From Pseudomonadota bacterium (GTDB lineage: Bacteria > Bdellovibrionota > FAC87 > UBA2466), in contig JAYSWN010000172.1 of assembly GCA_043718025.1 (NCBI GenBank), forward strand, positions 1 to 64,000: a stretch of 64,000 nt of DNA, read 5' to 3'. Shown here in pieces: positions 49,541-59,490 of this stretch (within the stretch, counting starts at the first letter, position 1; every line of letters begins with the position of its first letter). The translations under genes and the position numbers were made by a program. The notes under the pieces are model-generated. The model searched no databases and was not told the origin of the DNA. It saw nothing but the letters and a program-made list of their open reading frames with translations.

Positions 49541-51265
49541 ATGATTGATAGAGTGCCGAGAAGCTCAATGAATAAATCTGCGTCCCTCATTTTTATTTCG
49601 GTGCTGGTACTTCAGTCTATTCTGATCGCCCTTTTCCACTTCTATTTTCATGAACCTTGGCGCGATGAAGTGCAGCATTTTTTAATTGCTACCTCGACCA
49701 AAGGATTAGGCGGCCTATTTTCGGCGCTTCGCTACGAGGGTCACCCCCCATTTTTGCATCTGCTCTATCGCGGGCTAGATCATTTTGTTGAGCCTCGCGT
49801 GGCGTTGGCCCTGGTCTCAGGCATCGGTTACTTCACGCTCTCCACCTCCGTTTTTGCGCTCCTGAGCACGGCTTCGACTGCGCCTTGGCTGGTGGTGTTG
49901 GCTTCATGGCTTCTCAGCCTATCTTACGTGTCGGTTTACGAATTCGGCGTGATTGCGCGCGGCTACGGCCTGGGCATGGGAATGGCAATCGCTGGACTGG
50001 TCTGTTTTATCCGCCTGCTCAAGTCGCCGGGTGACGCGAATTCGGGGGGCCGGCGATGCACTTTCGCCCTTGGTCTGGCCTTTTTCTGCGCCGCCATTTT
50101 AACTTCCGTACATTCCGCAATTTTAAGTGCCTGCTTTTTGGTGCCCTTCTTTTTGAACTGGTTCATCGAAAAAAAATGGCGCGCCCTAGTGCTCACCCTG
50201 GCAGCCCTGGCGCTACCGTTGGTGATTCTTTTTTCCCTGCTCAGGGATCACACCGACCGCATGCCTTCGCCCATGGCCGCCACGCCCCAGGATTTGGCCA
50301 GCAAACTTCTCTGGGTCGGTGAGCAAGTTCAAATGGGGCGGTACGCCGCCGAAATGATGAGTCGTCTTTACCAGCTTTTTTACGAATTCAGTTTTCCCAC
50401 TCACTGGTGGAATTTTGCCTACTCCGAGGTGCCGCGTTGGTTTGGCCACAAAATGTTTTGGACGCTGCTCAGCCTCACTCTGATCAGCTTTTTTTTCCAG
50501 AAAGGAAAAGGGCGGCACCGCCTTCTCATTGTCATCTCGTTGATTTTCGGAGCCCTGGTTTTCGATTTCTTTTTTACTTTCTTGTACCCAGCCTCCTTCC
50601 GACACCGGGTTTTTTTTACCTTTCCCGTATTTTTACTGATCGCGCGCCATTGGCTTGAGTATTGGAGCCCGAATCTCCGCCAGGAACTGAAAGCCCAGCT
50701 CCCTCGGGTGCGACTGCGCAGCGGCACGACGCTCTTTGCCTTCCTTCTTTTGACCGGCCTTTCCCTATCGCAAATTGCCGCCAGCGCGCTGGCCCTGGGA
50801 GCAGACTATTTTTGGTATTTTTCGCAAACGGCAATGGCCCCCGCTTTCATTCCCAATTCGCCGAACGTAATGGTGGCGGTCGATTCTGATTTCACCGCTA
50901 CGGCGATCGCGCTGTGGAACCCAAAGGTAAAACTCTATTCCCGAACGGGCGGCGGCCGCCCCTTCACTTACGCCAAATGGGATCGAGCCCGTGGCGAGAG
51001 AAAATTGAGGCGTAAAGTTCTGTTGGGCCGACTTTGCGATGAAGTAAATGAGCATCCGGAACGATCCCTTTACTACTTAAGTGTCCACCCATCGCAAGAC
51101 GCTGAATACCCGTTCAAAGAAATTTTTGCCTCGTCGCCGTTGGTACCCACCGCGGTCCTGGATGAGCGCTTTCGCTTCTATTCAGTTGATTGCAAAACGC
51201 AGACACGCGAGGAACTCCAACACCATGCCGGCGGCTTTTATCAAAGGGGCACCGCCGCAAACTAA
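49541..51265 (+). CDS. Multi-pass membrane protein, probable GT-C glycosyltransferase
   Basis: HEPWRDE and YEGHPP first-loop motifs, YEFGVIARGYGL; about 11 TMs. Confidence 0.65.
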   Translation: MIDRVPRSSMNKSASLIFISVLVLQSILIALFHFYFHEPWRDEVQHFLIATSTKGLGGLFSALRYEGHPPFLHLLYRGLDHFVEPRVALALVSGIGYFTLSTSVFALLSTASTAPWLVVLASWLLSLSYVSVYEFGVIARGYGLGMGMAIAGLVCFIRLLKSPGDANSGGRRCTFALGLAFFCAAILTSVHSAILSACFLVPFFLNWFIEKKWRALVLTLAALALPLVILFSLLRDHTDRMPSPMAATPQDLASKLLWVGEQVQMGRYAAEMMSRLYQLFYEFSFPTHWWNFAYSEVPRWFGHKMFWTLLSLTLISFFFQKGKGRHRLLIVISLIFGALVFDFFFTFLYPASFRHRVFFTFPVFLLIARHWLEYWSPNLRQELKAQLPRVRLRSGTTLFAFLLLTGLSLSQIAASALALGADYFWYFSQTAMAPAFIPNSPNVMVAVDSDFTATAIALWNPKVKLYSRTGGGRPFTYAKWDRARGERKLRRKVLLGRLCDEVNEHPERSLYYLSVHPSQDAEYPFKEIFASSPLVPTAVLDERFRFYSVDCKTQTREELQHHAGGFYQRGTAAN

Positions 51266-51307
51266 ATTCGGTTGCCGGTCGAAACCCGGCCCCCTAGGGT
51301 GAAGCCG

Positions 51308-51892
51308 ATGAGGAGCGCCGAACAGATTCGATTTTTAGAGGGGGAATACAGTCGGCTTTGGCAAGACTATGGACTGGACGCAATTTCAGCGCCACCTGCC
51401 GTAGACCAGGCCGTGCCTTCACCCCTTATTGAACCCCGGCCCACTCCCGAAGGCCCCTCCCCCTTTCTGGTGTGCGTTGAAACGCCACCAGAACCGAGCG
51501 TGGGCTTTGTGGTGCAGCTTTCTTTGGAATACCCTCGGTTAAAGAAAGACGAAGAGGCGCTGTGGGAGCGAATGCTTCAAGCCCTCTCCCTAAATCGGGA
51601 TGCCGTCGCACTCATTAAAATTCTTGCCCTACCTGGCCAACCACAGACTGCCGCGACGAATCATTTCTTATGGGCGTTGCCCCCGTCGCTGCGCTGGATC
51701 ATATTTTTCGGCAACCTACCTTTTCAAACCGTGACCCATGGGGCGGGAACGCAGGGGATCTGGGCGCCGCTGCCTGACTCGGCGGCCGGTCAATGGCTGC
51801 TTACTCACGACCTGGCGAAACTAACGCGTGACCCCAATTCGAAAAAAGAGACATGGAATCATTTGAAGGATCTCCCGCAGCGTCTAAAATAG
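51308..51892 (+). CDS. Degenerate uracil-DNA glycosylase-like fold protein
   Basis: C-terminal LLTHDLAKLTRDPNSKKETWNHLK resembles family-4 UDG (T.HP..LLRNP..K...W.DL); L.ERML.AL.L.R..V pattern; no GEAPG motif or Fe-S Cys set. Confidence 0.45.
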   Translation: MRSAEQIRFLEGEYSRLWQDYGLDAISAPPAVDQAVPSPLIEPRPTPEGPSPFLVCVETPPEPSVGFVVQLSLEYPRLKKDEEALWERMLQALSLNRDAVALIKILALPGQPQTAATNHFLWALPPSLRWIIFFGNLPFQTVTHGAGTQGIWAPLPDSAAGQWLLTHDLAKLTRDPNSKKETWNHLKDLPQRLK

Positions 51893-51902
51893 AGGCGCCG
51901 CT

Positions 51903-53189
51903 ATGAAAAAAATAATCGCCTTCAGCTTCGTCGTTTGCTCCCAACTCTTAATGGCCGGCCCGATTTCGGTGGCCCGAGTCAACTCCAGCATCAATCCTGG
52001 GACGGCCGATTACCTGATCACCGCCATCGAAAAGGCGGAGGCAAAGGGCTCGCCCTTTCTCTTGATCGAAATCGATACCCCCGGAGGGCTGCTCTCAAGC
52101 ACCCGTACGATCGTGCAAAAAATTTTGAACAGTAAAATTCCTGTGGTGGTTTACGTCACCCCAAAAGGCGGCCACGCCACTTCTGCCGGTGCCATCATTG
52201 CTCTGGCTGCGGAGGTAACGGCCATGTCGCCCGGCACCCACATCGGGGCGGCTCATCCGGTTACCGGATCGGGAGAAAAATTAGATGACTCCGTACGAAC
52301 TAAAATGGTGAACGACACGGTCGCTTTTACCGAAAGTTTGGCGCGCGCCACCGGACGCAATCCTGATTGGGCCGCAAAGATCGTAAGAGAAAGCCTGGCG
52401 ATTACGGCTGAGGATGCCCTTAAAAGCGCGGCCATTGAGATCATCGCAGATAGCCGCGGCGACTTAATTTCGAAGCTCGTGCAGTGGAAATGGAAGAAAA
52501 CGAATGCCGCTCAAGTTGAAATGAAAAAAGGGACGGCCGAGATTGAAATCATTGCCCCAAGCTTGAAACAAGATTTGGTCTCTTTTTTTTCCGATCCCAC
52601 TCTCGCCTACTTAGTTTTGTCGTTGGCCGGGCTCTGTTTGTGGATCGAACTCACTCATCCGGGCCTAATCTTACCTGGGGTGATTGCGGTTTTCTGTGGG
52701 CTGTTAAGTCTAATTTCATTTCAGCTTCTACCCATCAGCTACGGGGCCGTGGGGCTAATGGTGCTGGGCATGGCGATGCTTTTCGCTGAACTTTTTCTAC
52801 CCACGTTCGGCTTGCTTGGGATAGCGGGGGTAGCTTGCTTTATTTTTGGTTCGCTGTTTCTGGTCGACACCCAGACGGGCGCACTCGGGGTGCCACTATC
52901 GCTAGTGCTGACCACCGCTACCTGTCTTAGCGCAGCGGCGCTGGGCTTAGGCATGCTGGTATGGAGATCCCGGGGCGTAAAAAAATTGTCGGCCGACGAC
53001 GCCATGGTTGGCGAAATTGGCGAGGTGGCTGACCGGGTCGATCACCAGCACGGCATGGTATTGGTCCGCGGCGAGCTCTGGAAAGCGCGCGGCTTTGGCG
53101 GAGCCGCGTTCGAAAAAGGGGCCCTTGTGGAAGTGGTTGCCATAAAAGATTTAACCATTACGGTGCGATCTCAAACGGTGACCTCGTAA
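51903..53189 (+). CDS. nfeD: NfeD-family membrane-bound ClpP-class serine protease
   Basis: IDTPGGL, ATSAG, MSPGTHIGAAHPV, TM block, C-terminal OB fold (GMVLVRGELWKA). Confidence 0.9.
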   Translation: MKKIIAFSFVVCSQLLMAGPISVARVNSSINPGTADYLITAIEKAEAKGSPFLLIEIDTPGGLLSSTRTIVQKILNSKIPVVVYVTPKGGHATSAGAIIALAAEVTAMSPGTHIGAAHPVTGSGEKLDDSVRTKMVNDTVAFTESLARATGRNPDWAAKIVRESLAITAEDALKSAAIEIIADSRGDLISKLVQWKWKKTNAAQVEMKKGTAEIEIIAPSLKQDLVSFFSDPTLAYLVLSLAGLCLWIELTHPGLILPGVIAVFCGLLSLISFQLLPISYGAVGLMVLGMAMLFAELFLPTFGLLGIAGVACFIFGSLFLVDTQTGALGVPLSLVLTTATCLSAAALGLGMLVWRSRGVKKLSADDAMVGEIGEVADRVDHQHGMVLVRGELWKARGFGGAAFEKGALVEVVAIKDLTITVRSQTVTS

Positions 53190-53208
53190 TTTGAAAATGG
53201 AGCCTTAA

Positions 53209-53976
53209 ATGATTGCGCCCTATTTTATTGTCGGTTTTTTCATCCTCTTCTTTTTAAGCTCAGCCCTTAAGGTTCTGCAGGAGTACGAAAAAGGGGTGGT
53301 CTTTCGACTGGGCCGCTTAATCGGCGCCAAAGGGCCGGGCCTTATTATATTGATTCCGGGAATTGACCGCATGGTGAAGGTGTCGATGCGCATCGTAACC
53401 GCCGACATTCCCCCGCAGGACGTGGTGACCAAAGACAACGTGTCGATCAAGGTAAACGCCGTAGTCCTATTTCGCGTGGTCGATCCAATTCGCGCCATCA
53501 ATAACGTAGAGAGCTATTTGGACAGTACCTATCAGTATGCGCAAACCACTCTGCGTTCCGTACTCGGTAGCGTTGAGCTCGATGACGTGCTGGCCGAAAG
53601 GGTTGAACTCAACAAACGCATTCAAGAGATTCTCGATCTACACACCGAGCCCTGGGGCATCAAAGTATCCGGGGTTGAGATCAAGCAAGTCGATTTACCC
53701 AAAGAAATGCAACGCGCAATGGCGGGGCAGGCCGAGGCCGAGCGTCAACGGCGGGCCAAAGTGATTAATGCCGAGGGCGAAGCCCAAGCCGCAAGCAAGC
53801 TGGTGGAAGCGGCAAAGAAAATTGAAGACTACCCGGCGGCGCTTCAGCTGCGCTATTTGCAGACGCTTCAGGAGATTGCGACGGAGAATAACTCCACGGT
53901 AATTTTCCCGCTGCCGATAGACCTATTAAAAGCTTTCATGGAAAAGATTCAAAACAAACCCACGCGTGAGGTTTAA
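53209..53976 (+). CDS. Stomatin-like SPFH (slipin) protein
   Basis: [49 protein letters not shown]. Confidence 0.93.
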   Translation: MIAPYFIVGFFILFFLSSALKVLQEYEKGVVFRLGRLIGAKGPGLIILIPGIDRMVKVSMRIVTADIPPQDVVTKDNVSIKVNAVVLFRVVDPIRAINNVESYLDSTYQYAQTTLRSVLGSVELDDVLAERVELNKRIQEILDLHTEPWGIKVSGVEIKQVDLPKEMQRAMAGQAEAERQRRAKVINAEGEAQAASKLVEAAKKIEDYPAALQLRYLQTLQEIATENNSTVIFPLPIDLLKAFMEKIQNKPTREV

Positions 53977-53979
53977 TTC

Positions 53980-54840
53980 TCAGCCGCCGAGCGTCTTTAA
54001 CAACGGACCAACATCTTTCTGCATTTTCTCAACTAGCGTCGGGGGAATCAGAAACGTGCCCCCAAGAACGCGATTGCCCCCCTGTCGGACTCGCCAATGG
54101 AGTGGGTAGTACGTGCCGAAACTATTCCAATCAATTAGCAGAGGGAAAGTGGCTGAGCCTCTTCCCAAATTACCCATAACCTCGGTCACACGAACTTCTA
54201 TCGTTTCAAGTTCATGAGTGCGAGAGTTTTCAATTTCGAGGCGATAGGCCTGGGTGTCTTCCTCGTCTACCGAAAAAGGGATCGCTCCAGCCCGCTCAAA
54301 AACTGCCGCAGCGTAAGCTCCAAAAGGGAAGGAGCCAGATAAAAGGCGATCAAGGCGCTGAAAATAGGGAAGCAAAAGGTTACGCGCTTTTTTATCGGCA
54401 TCCCTCTTTAACTCGCCGTCTTCATCAAAAACGGCGTCATAAAATTCGCTAACCGAAGGCAGGGCATTGAGAATTTCGAACCGCGGATCCCCATTCTGAT
54501 CGTGATGATTGGCTACAGAAAGAATGAACCGCTCGGCACTAAGAATCTGGTGTTCTTCGAACCATTTCCCCCATCGCAACAAGAGACCCTAGTAAGTTTT
54601 GCCCAAAGGCAATTGGTCCAGGGCATGCCACTGCGACTCAAACGCTTCAAACGAAAGGCGACCACGATAAAAACTAACTTCTGGAATGCGAACTCGATCG
54701 AAAGATTTACCGGCTTCCACGATCAACTCGATGCAGGGATCTTTGGAATGACTACCGACATCAAAAATGGCCCACGCGGCGGGAGCCGCAAGCAGAAAAG
54801 CCACGAAGGCGCCTAGAAAACCCCAATACCCATTGCCCAT
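53980..54840 (-). pseudogene. Secreted hypothetical protein interrupted by one in-frame TAG (pseudogene, sequence error or readthrough)
   Basis: ORFs 54589-54840 and 53980-54582 share a frame: ...ACT TAC TAG GGT CTC TTG TTG CGA TGG...; only the upstream part has an ATG and signal peptide. Confidence 0.6.
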
Positions 54841-54962
54841 CCTTTATGGGTAGCGCATTGGATTATTTTCCACAATGGGTAATCAGCCAAATGGCGAAAA
54901 AAGAAGCTCTCCGCCTCACCGAACTCTAAATTTTATTCATGGCAAAATCAGCTCAGTTTGCC

Positions 54963-55661
54963 TTAGCAAGAGGCGTAAGAAACCGCCCCAGCGTCGGGCG
55001 CTCCGTACCGTTTTTCGACGCCGGTAAGAAATTCGTGCCAGGCTTCCAAAGAATCTTTGGCCGCCGTTAAAGCACGCTCTGCTTGAGCAGAATCCGTGCA
55101 GAGCTTTTCGAGGCCAAGCATCTCATGTTCGGAGTGAACCACATCGTAGTGTTGGTGCGCGGTAAAAAAGCCCACACTTCTTTCGTCCACCACTCCGTAA
55201 AAGGACTTTAATCCTTCTTTTTTCTGGCGAGCGACGTCTGGCTGCTGCCGCTCGTACGCATAAACCGCGGCCAGCCCATCCACCGGATTTTCCGAAGCGG
55301 AATGTTTACGAAAGACGCGGAGTAAGTTTTCGGTTTCATCAGAATGGAAATGCGTTTTGACGGCCTCACGATCAACGCCAACGCTCTCGGCAAAACGTAA
55401 CCACAGTTCGGGATGATTTTCTGGACCCTGCTCTTCATGAGCTAGGTTCTCAGCAATAGTGACACGAATGTCGGGGTCAGCAATGTGGGAATGAATTGCA
55501 CTAAGGAATCGAGGGAATTCTTTTTCAAAGGCAAAATACTCTTTAGCGTAGCCCTGAAGCTCAGCCGTGCTGAGCTGACCGGCAGACCAACGAGTGTAAA
55601 AAGAGTGGCTCAATAAATGACGTGCCTGAATGGCTTCTTCTAAACGAATTCGTAATGACAT
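54963..55661 (-). CDS. CADD/PqqC-like heme-oxygenase-like diiron protein (candidate self-sacrificing pABA synthase)
   Basis: HSFYTRWSAGQL, YAKEY, FPRFLSAIHS, EEQGPENHPELWLRFA, YAYERQ, QKKEGL, FFTAHQHYDVVH. Confidence 0.85.
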   Translation of the reverse strand: MSLRIRLEEAIQARHLLSHSFYTRWSAGQLSTAELQGYAKEYFAFEKEFPRFLSAIHSHIADPDIRVTIAENLAHEEQGPENHPELWLRFAESVGVDREAVKTHFHSDETENLLRVFRKHSASENPVDGLAAVYAYERQQPDVARQKKEGLKSFYGVVDERSVGFFTAHQHYDVVHSEHEMLGLEKLCTDSAQAERALTAAKDSLEAWHEFLTGVEKRYGAPDAGAVSYASC

Positions 55662-55690
55662 AACCTCTCCTACAAAATAGCGATGGCGCC

Positions 55691-55719
55691 ACTATAGAAA
55701 AGGGCGGGACCAGGGTCAA
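55691..55719 (-). promoter_or_regulatory. sigma70 promoter for the CADD gene
   Basis: TTGACC-N17-TATAGT followed by an AGGAGAGG RBS. Confidence 0.6.
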
Positions 55720-55755
55720 ACCCTGAGATAGGAAAGTTTAAGAATTGAAGGGCGC

Positions 55756-56043
55756 TTAGCGCCGATGACGGCGAGAACGTCGCGCTGCGCGACGGGCGTG
55801 GCGCTGGCGCTTGGCCTTGCCGCTGTAGCTAAAGCTCTTACGCGACGAGGAAGGCGCATAGCGAGAAAAACGCGACCCAAAGTACGGCACATGGCGAAGC
55901 GCATTGGTAACCACCGGGCCGAAGCCACGGCGAAACGCGCCCGCTTTATAGAGATTGTATCCACCGTATAAAAAGGCCCCAATCAAGGCGATTGGAAAAA
56001 TCTGCCGAAACCACTGTTTTAACTTCCATCCTAAATCACGCAT
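55756..56043 (-). CDS. Small membrane-anchored protein with Arg/Ser-rich protamine-like tail
   Basis: ATG 56043 after AGGGG; one TM; KAKRQRHARRAARRSRRHRR tail. Confidence 0.55.
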   Translation of the reverse strand: MRDLGWKLKQWFRQIFPIALIGAFLYGGYNLYKAGAFRRGFGPVVTNALRHVPYFGSRFSRYAPSSSRKSFSYSGKAKRQRHARRAARRSRRHRR

Positions 56044-56098
56044 ACGTTCCCCTATAGACAAGGGTGCCCGCAAAGACACCGCCTCGGATGTCTCAAAA

Positions 56099-56114
56099 AG
56101 CAACTCGTATGCCG
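56099..56114 (-). promoter_or_regulatory. sigma54 promoter
   Basis: CGGCATACGAGTTGCT (GG-N10-GC, TTGCT) 55 nt upstream of ATG 56043. Confidence 0.6.
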
Positions 56115-56328
56115 TTGGTCTACGAACTCAGTATTTGCATGAATTTAGCTACTTACGATGGAGTACGCGGCTCAAAAAGGTGTCAGCGCGCTGGACAGTT
56201 CGCCGTTTTTGGTCGCCAGCACCGCTTCTTTATAATTTTTTAGGGTTCTTTATGATGAATAGCAGCGTGCGCCCTGGCCTAAGGTAGCGTTTCGATCGAC
56301 CCATTGCCCGAGCCCGGGCGAAAATAGC

Positions 56329-57441
56329 TTACTTCCGCTTTTTCTCCTTCGCCTCCAGACGATAGATAATGCCGGCGTACGAAACCACCAAAAGCTCACC
56401 GTCGTTATCTTCGCCGAAGCTTGAGATAGGCTGTTGAGAGTTGAGCAGTAACTCGTTTTTTACGCCTGTCTTGGTCACCTCATCCCAAGTCAGACCCCAA
56501 ACTTTTCCTGAGCCGAAGTCGCCGAAAATATACTTTCCGCTCAAAACCGGCAACTTCGTGCCACGGTAAACGTAGCCACCGGTAACCGAAATGCCCGCGG
56601 CGCGAGGGTACTCGTGAATAGGCATGGTCATGCCTTCCGCACGGCAGCCCACATCTGGCTTGTAGCAGTGATTGGCTTCCCACACGCCCCAGCCATAGTT
56701 CTTTCCTTTTTCAATGATGTTGATCTCTTCAAATCTATTTTGGCCAACGTCGGCTGCGAACAACAGGCCAGTTTTTCGATCGAAACTAAACCTCCACACA
56801 TTACGCAAACCCCACGCGAAGATTTCGGGGCGGCCAGACTTACCCACCAATGGGTTATCGTTGGGGATTGAGTAAGGTGCTTTTCCGTTTACATCGATGC
56901 GAAGCATTTTACCCAAAAGCGTATCTAGCTTTTGGCCGTTGCCTTGCGGATCTCCGCCGCTGCCGCCGTCTCCCACGGTGATGAAGAGATGCCCCTGGTG
57001 GTCAAATTCAAGCATTCCCCCTTTATGGTTTGTGAACGGCTGCGCAAACTTCATGACCCGGGTTTCGACCAAGGTGTCGGCATTAAATTCGGCAATCACC
57101 GTACTCAATTCACCCGCCGGATTGTAATTTACGAAAAAGCGCCGATTGCGCGCAAACTGGGGGTGAAAGGCTAGACCGAGCAAACCCATTTCGCCACCCG
57201 AACGCACACGGCTCACAATATCGAGCACCGGGGTTGCCTCAAGCTGACCATTGCGAAAACGTCGAATACGACCGGCCTGTTCAAGAATCCAGTATGTGTT
57301 CACCTCGCCGGGAACCGGCGCAATGTACACCGGATCTTCGATGCCATCCTTTAAAATGGGGGTTAACTGATAAGCGGAAGCCGAAAAACCAGGCGACGCG
57401 ATTGTCAAAGAGAGAAAAAGAAAACTAAATGCGATTTTCAC
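56329..57441 (-). CDS. PQQ-dependent sugar dehydrogenase family (GSDH) protein, secreted
   Basis: GEMGLLGLAFHP, NHKGG, GDGGSGGDP, GKMLRID, GLRNVWRFSFD, DVGQ, GGYVYRG, SSFGED. Confidence 0.9.
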   Translation of the reverse strand: MKIAFSFLFLSLTIASPGFSASAYQLTPILKDGIEDPVYIAPVPGEVNTYWILEQAGRIRRFRNGQLEATPVLDIVSRVRSGGEMGLLGLAFHPQFARNRRFFVNYNPAGELSTVIAEFNADTLVETRVMKFAQPFTNHKGGMLEFDHQGHLFITVGDGGSGGDPQGNGQKLDTLLGKMLRIDVNGKAPYSIPNDNPLVGKSGRPEIFAWGLRNVWRFSFDRKTGLLFAADVGQNRFEEINIIEKGKNYGWGVWEANHCYKPDVGCRAEGMTMPIHEYPRAAGISVTGGYVYRGTKLPVLSGKYIFGDFGSGKVWGLTWDEVTKTGVKNELLLNSQQPISSFGEDNDGELLVVSYAGIIYRLEAKEKKRK

Positions 57442-57598
57442 GATGACTCCTTTGCCTCAACTCAAGACAAGAGTTAAAACCCGACCATTCCCCAAAAAAG
57501 GAATTCTGGTTAGCGAAAGTTCTTATTTAAAAGTATTTTCGTTAACCCCTAGTATTGGTACGGGTAAGAATCAGAGTTAGGGATCAGGGTCATATTTT

Positions 57599-58933
57599 AT
57601 GAGCAGCGTCATGAGGCAACCACCGCACAACAACGAGGCAGAAACCTCGGTGCTCGGTGGCATCCTCCTCGACAATCAGATTTATCAGAAACTCGAAGAC
57701 GTACTCGAGCCCGACGATTTTTACCGCCCGGCCAACGCCAAAATCTTTCACTCCATGCGCGAGCTATCCAGCCGCAACGAGCCAATCGACATCGTTACCC
57801 TTACGGTGAAGATGAAAGAGCTGGGCCTATTCGAAGAGTGTGGCGGCGCGGCTTACCTGGCCGACATTTTGGAGCGCGTGCCGACCGCCATCAACGCTGA
57901 GTACCACGCTAAACTGGTGGCCGATCAAGCGATAAAACGGCGGCTGGTCAGTGCCTGTACCGATCTCGGTCAGCGCGGCATGGATCAAAGCGAACAGACC
58001 GAAGAGCTTTTGGATCACGCCGAAAAGACCATTTTTGGCCTGACCTCATCGCGCAAAACCAAATCGGTGGTGCACCTGCGCGACATCATTAAGCCCGCGT
58101 TTCATGAGCTAGAATACCGCTTCGCGCACCGTGGAGAACTCACCGGTGTGCCCACCGGTTTCGATGCCCTAGATAAACAGACGTACGGGTTTCAAAAATC
58201 AGACCTCATCATCGTGGCCTGCCGCCCCAGCGTTGGTAAAACCAGCTTTGCGCTAGGCGTATCGCGACATGCGGCCACCCGAAAAAAGCTGCCCGTGCTT
58301 TTCTTTTCATTAGAAATGTCGAAAGAGCAGATCGTCACCCGCCTGTTAGCCGCCGAAGCCAAAGTTGACTCCACTAAAATCAGGAGTGGGGAGCTCGCTG
58401 ATCAAGACTGGCAAAAGCTCACTCGCGCCGCCGGAGTACTTACCGACGCACCGCTTTTTATCGATGATACTCCCTCGCTTTCAGTGCTAGAAATGCGCGC
58501 CAAAGCCCGGCGTCTCAAATCACAGCATGGTGATCTTGGGCTCATTATTGTGGACTACCTGCAAATTATGGGAACCCCAAAAGGTTCGGAGAGTCGTGAA
58601 AAAGCGATCTCTGAAATTTCGCGGTCGCTAAAATCGCTGGCCAAAGAGCTGCAAGTGCCGGTGTTGGCGCTGTCGCAGCTGAACCGCAGTATTGAGTCAC
58701 GCACAGAAAAAAGGCCGATGATGTCAGACATTCGAGAATCGGGTGCCATTGAACAAGACGCCGACGTTATCATCTTCATCCACCGTGAAAATACGGAGGC
58801 TTCAACCAAAGAGGCCTCGCCCGCCACTTTAATTGTGGGCAAAAACCGAAACGGCCCGCGCGAAGATGTGCCGGTGGTCTGGTTGGGTCAGTACACCTCG
58901 TTCGAAAATCTGGCGGCGCCACCGTCCGGGTAA
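57599..58933 (+). CDS. dnaB: Replicative DNA helicase
   Basis: PPH..EAE..VLG, ACRPSVGKT, FSLEMS, VDYLQ, LSQLNR, DIRESGAIEQDAD, KNRNGP. Confidence 0.97.
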   Translation: MSSVMRQPPHNNEAETSVLGGILLDNQIYQKLEDVLEPDDFYRPANAKIFHSMRELSSRNEPIDIVTLTVKMKELGLFEECGGAAYLADILERVPTAINAEYHAKLVADQAIKRRLVSACTDLGQRGMDQSEQTEELLDHAEKTIFGLTSSRKTKSVVHLRDIIKPAFHELEYRFAHRGELTGVPTGFDALDKQTYGFQKSDLIIVACRPSVGKTSFALGVSRHAATRKKLPVLFFSLEMSKEQIVTRLLAAEAKVDSTKIRSGELADQDWQKLTRAAGVLTDAPLFIDDTPSLSVLEMRAKARRLKSQHGDLGLIIVDYLQIMGTPKGSESREKAISEISRSLKSLAKELQVPVLALSQLNRSIESRTEKRPMMSDIRESGAIEQDADVIIFIHRENTEASTKEASPATLIVGKNRNGPREDVPVVWLGQYTSFENLAAPPSG

Positions 58934-58996
58934 TTAAATTTTAACGCGTTTAAAAAAAAGACTGTGCTAGAGTTTACGAAACTAAAGACTCCACAA

Positions 58997-59311
58997 ATGG
59001 AAACCAAAACAGGGCGAACACCTACTCACTCTTTGCAAAAAAAGAGAGTCAAAAAGAAGGCGCCGGCGTCTTCTCCTGCGCCCGACTGTGTTTCGTCGAA
59101 AGGGCAGGATCTCCTCAATCAGGTAATTCAGTTAACCGGAATTCCGGCCGATTCGATCCGCCGCGAGCTGAAAGTGATTCTGGATAAAAAGAATCTAGCG
59201 CTTGAGCAATTAACGCTTGAGCAATTGCGCGCCGTGACAGCAAGCTATCTGCGCGAAATTATAGGTTCAATATTGGACCGTGGGCGCCCTCCAAAAGAGC
59301 CTACCAACTAA
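58997..59311 (+). CDS. Small hypothetical helical protein
   Basis: ORF between dnaB and mltD; LTGIP...IRREL..IL....LTLEQLR....YL. Confidence 0.55.
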   Translation: METKTGRTPTHSLQKKRVKKKAPASSPAPDCVSSKGQDLLNQVIQLTGIPADSIRRELKVILDKKNLALEQLTLEQLRAVTASYLREIIGSILDRGRPPKEPTN

Positions 59312-59490
59312 GCTCGTCATCAATTGCCCGGAAGCGACGAAATTTGTCATTCTATTTTGTAACAAGTTGACGCGTAATATCGTCCAACATTGAAAATAAG
59401 CTTTATAATGTGGTACAAGCTTTCGGTTCCCAATCAATTCAAATCACCATAAAAGACAGTCTGGTACCGACCATCCAGGAGGCCCCTATT

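Noticed and set aside
54866..54874. DnaA box TTTTCCACA near dnaB
   Set aside because: Single isolated match; no box cluster or unwinding element suggesting an origin
57599..58933. Intein in DnaB
   Set aside because: Length (444 aa) and motif continuity are normal
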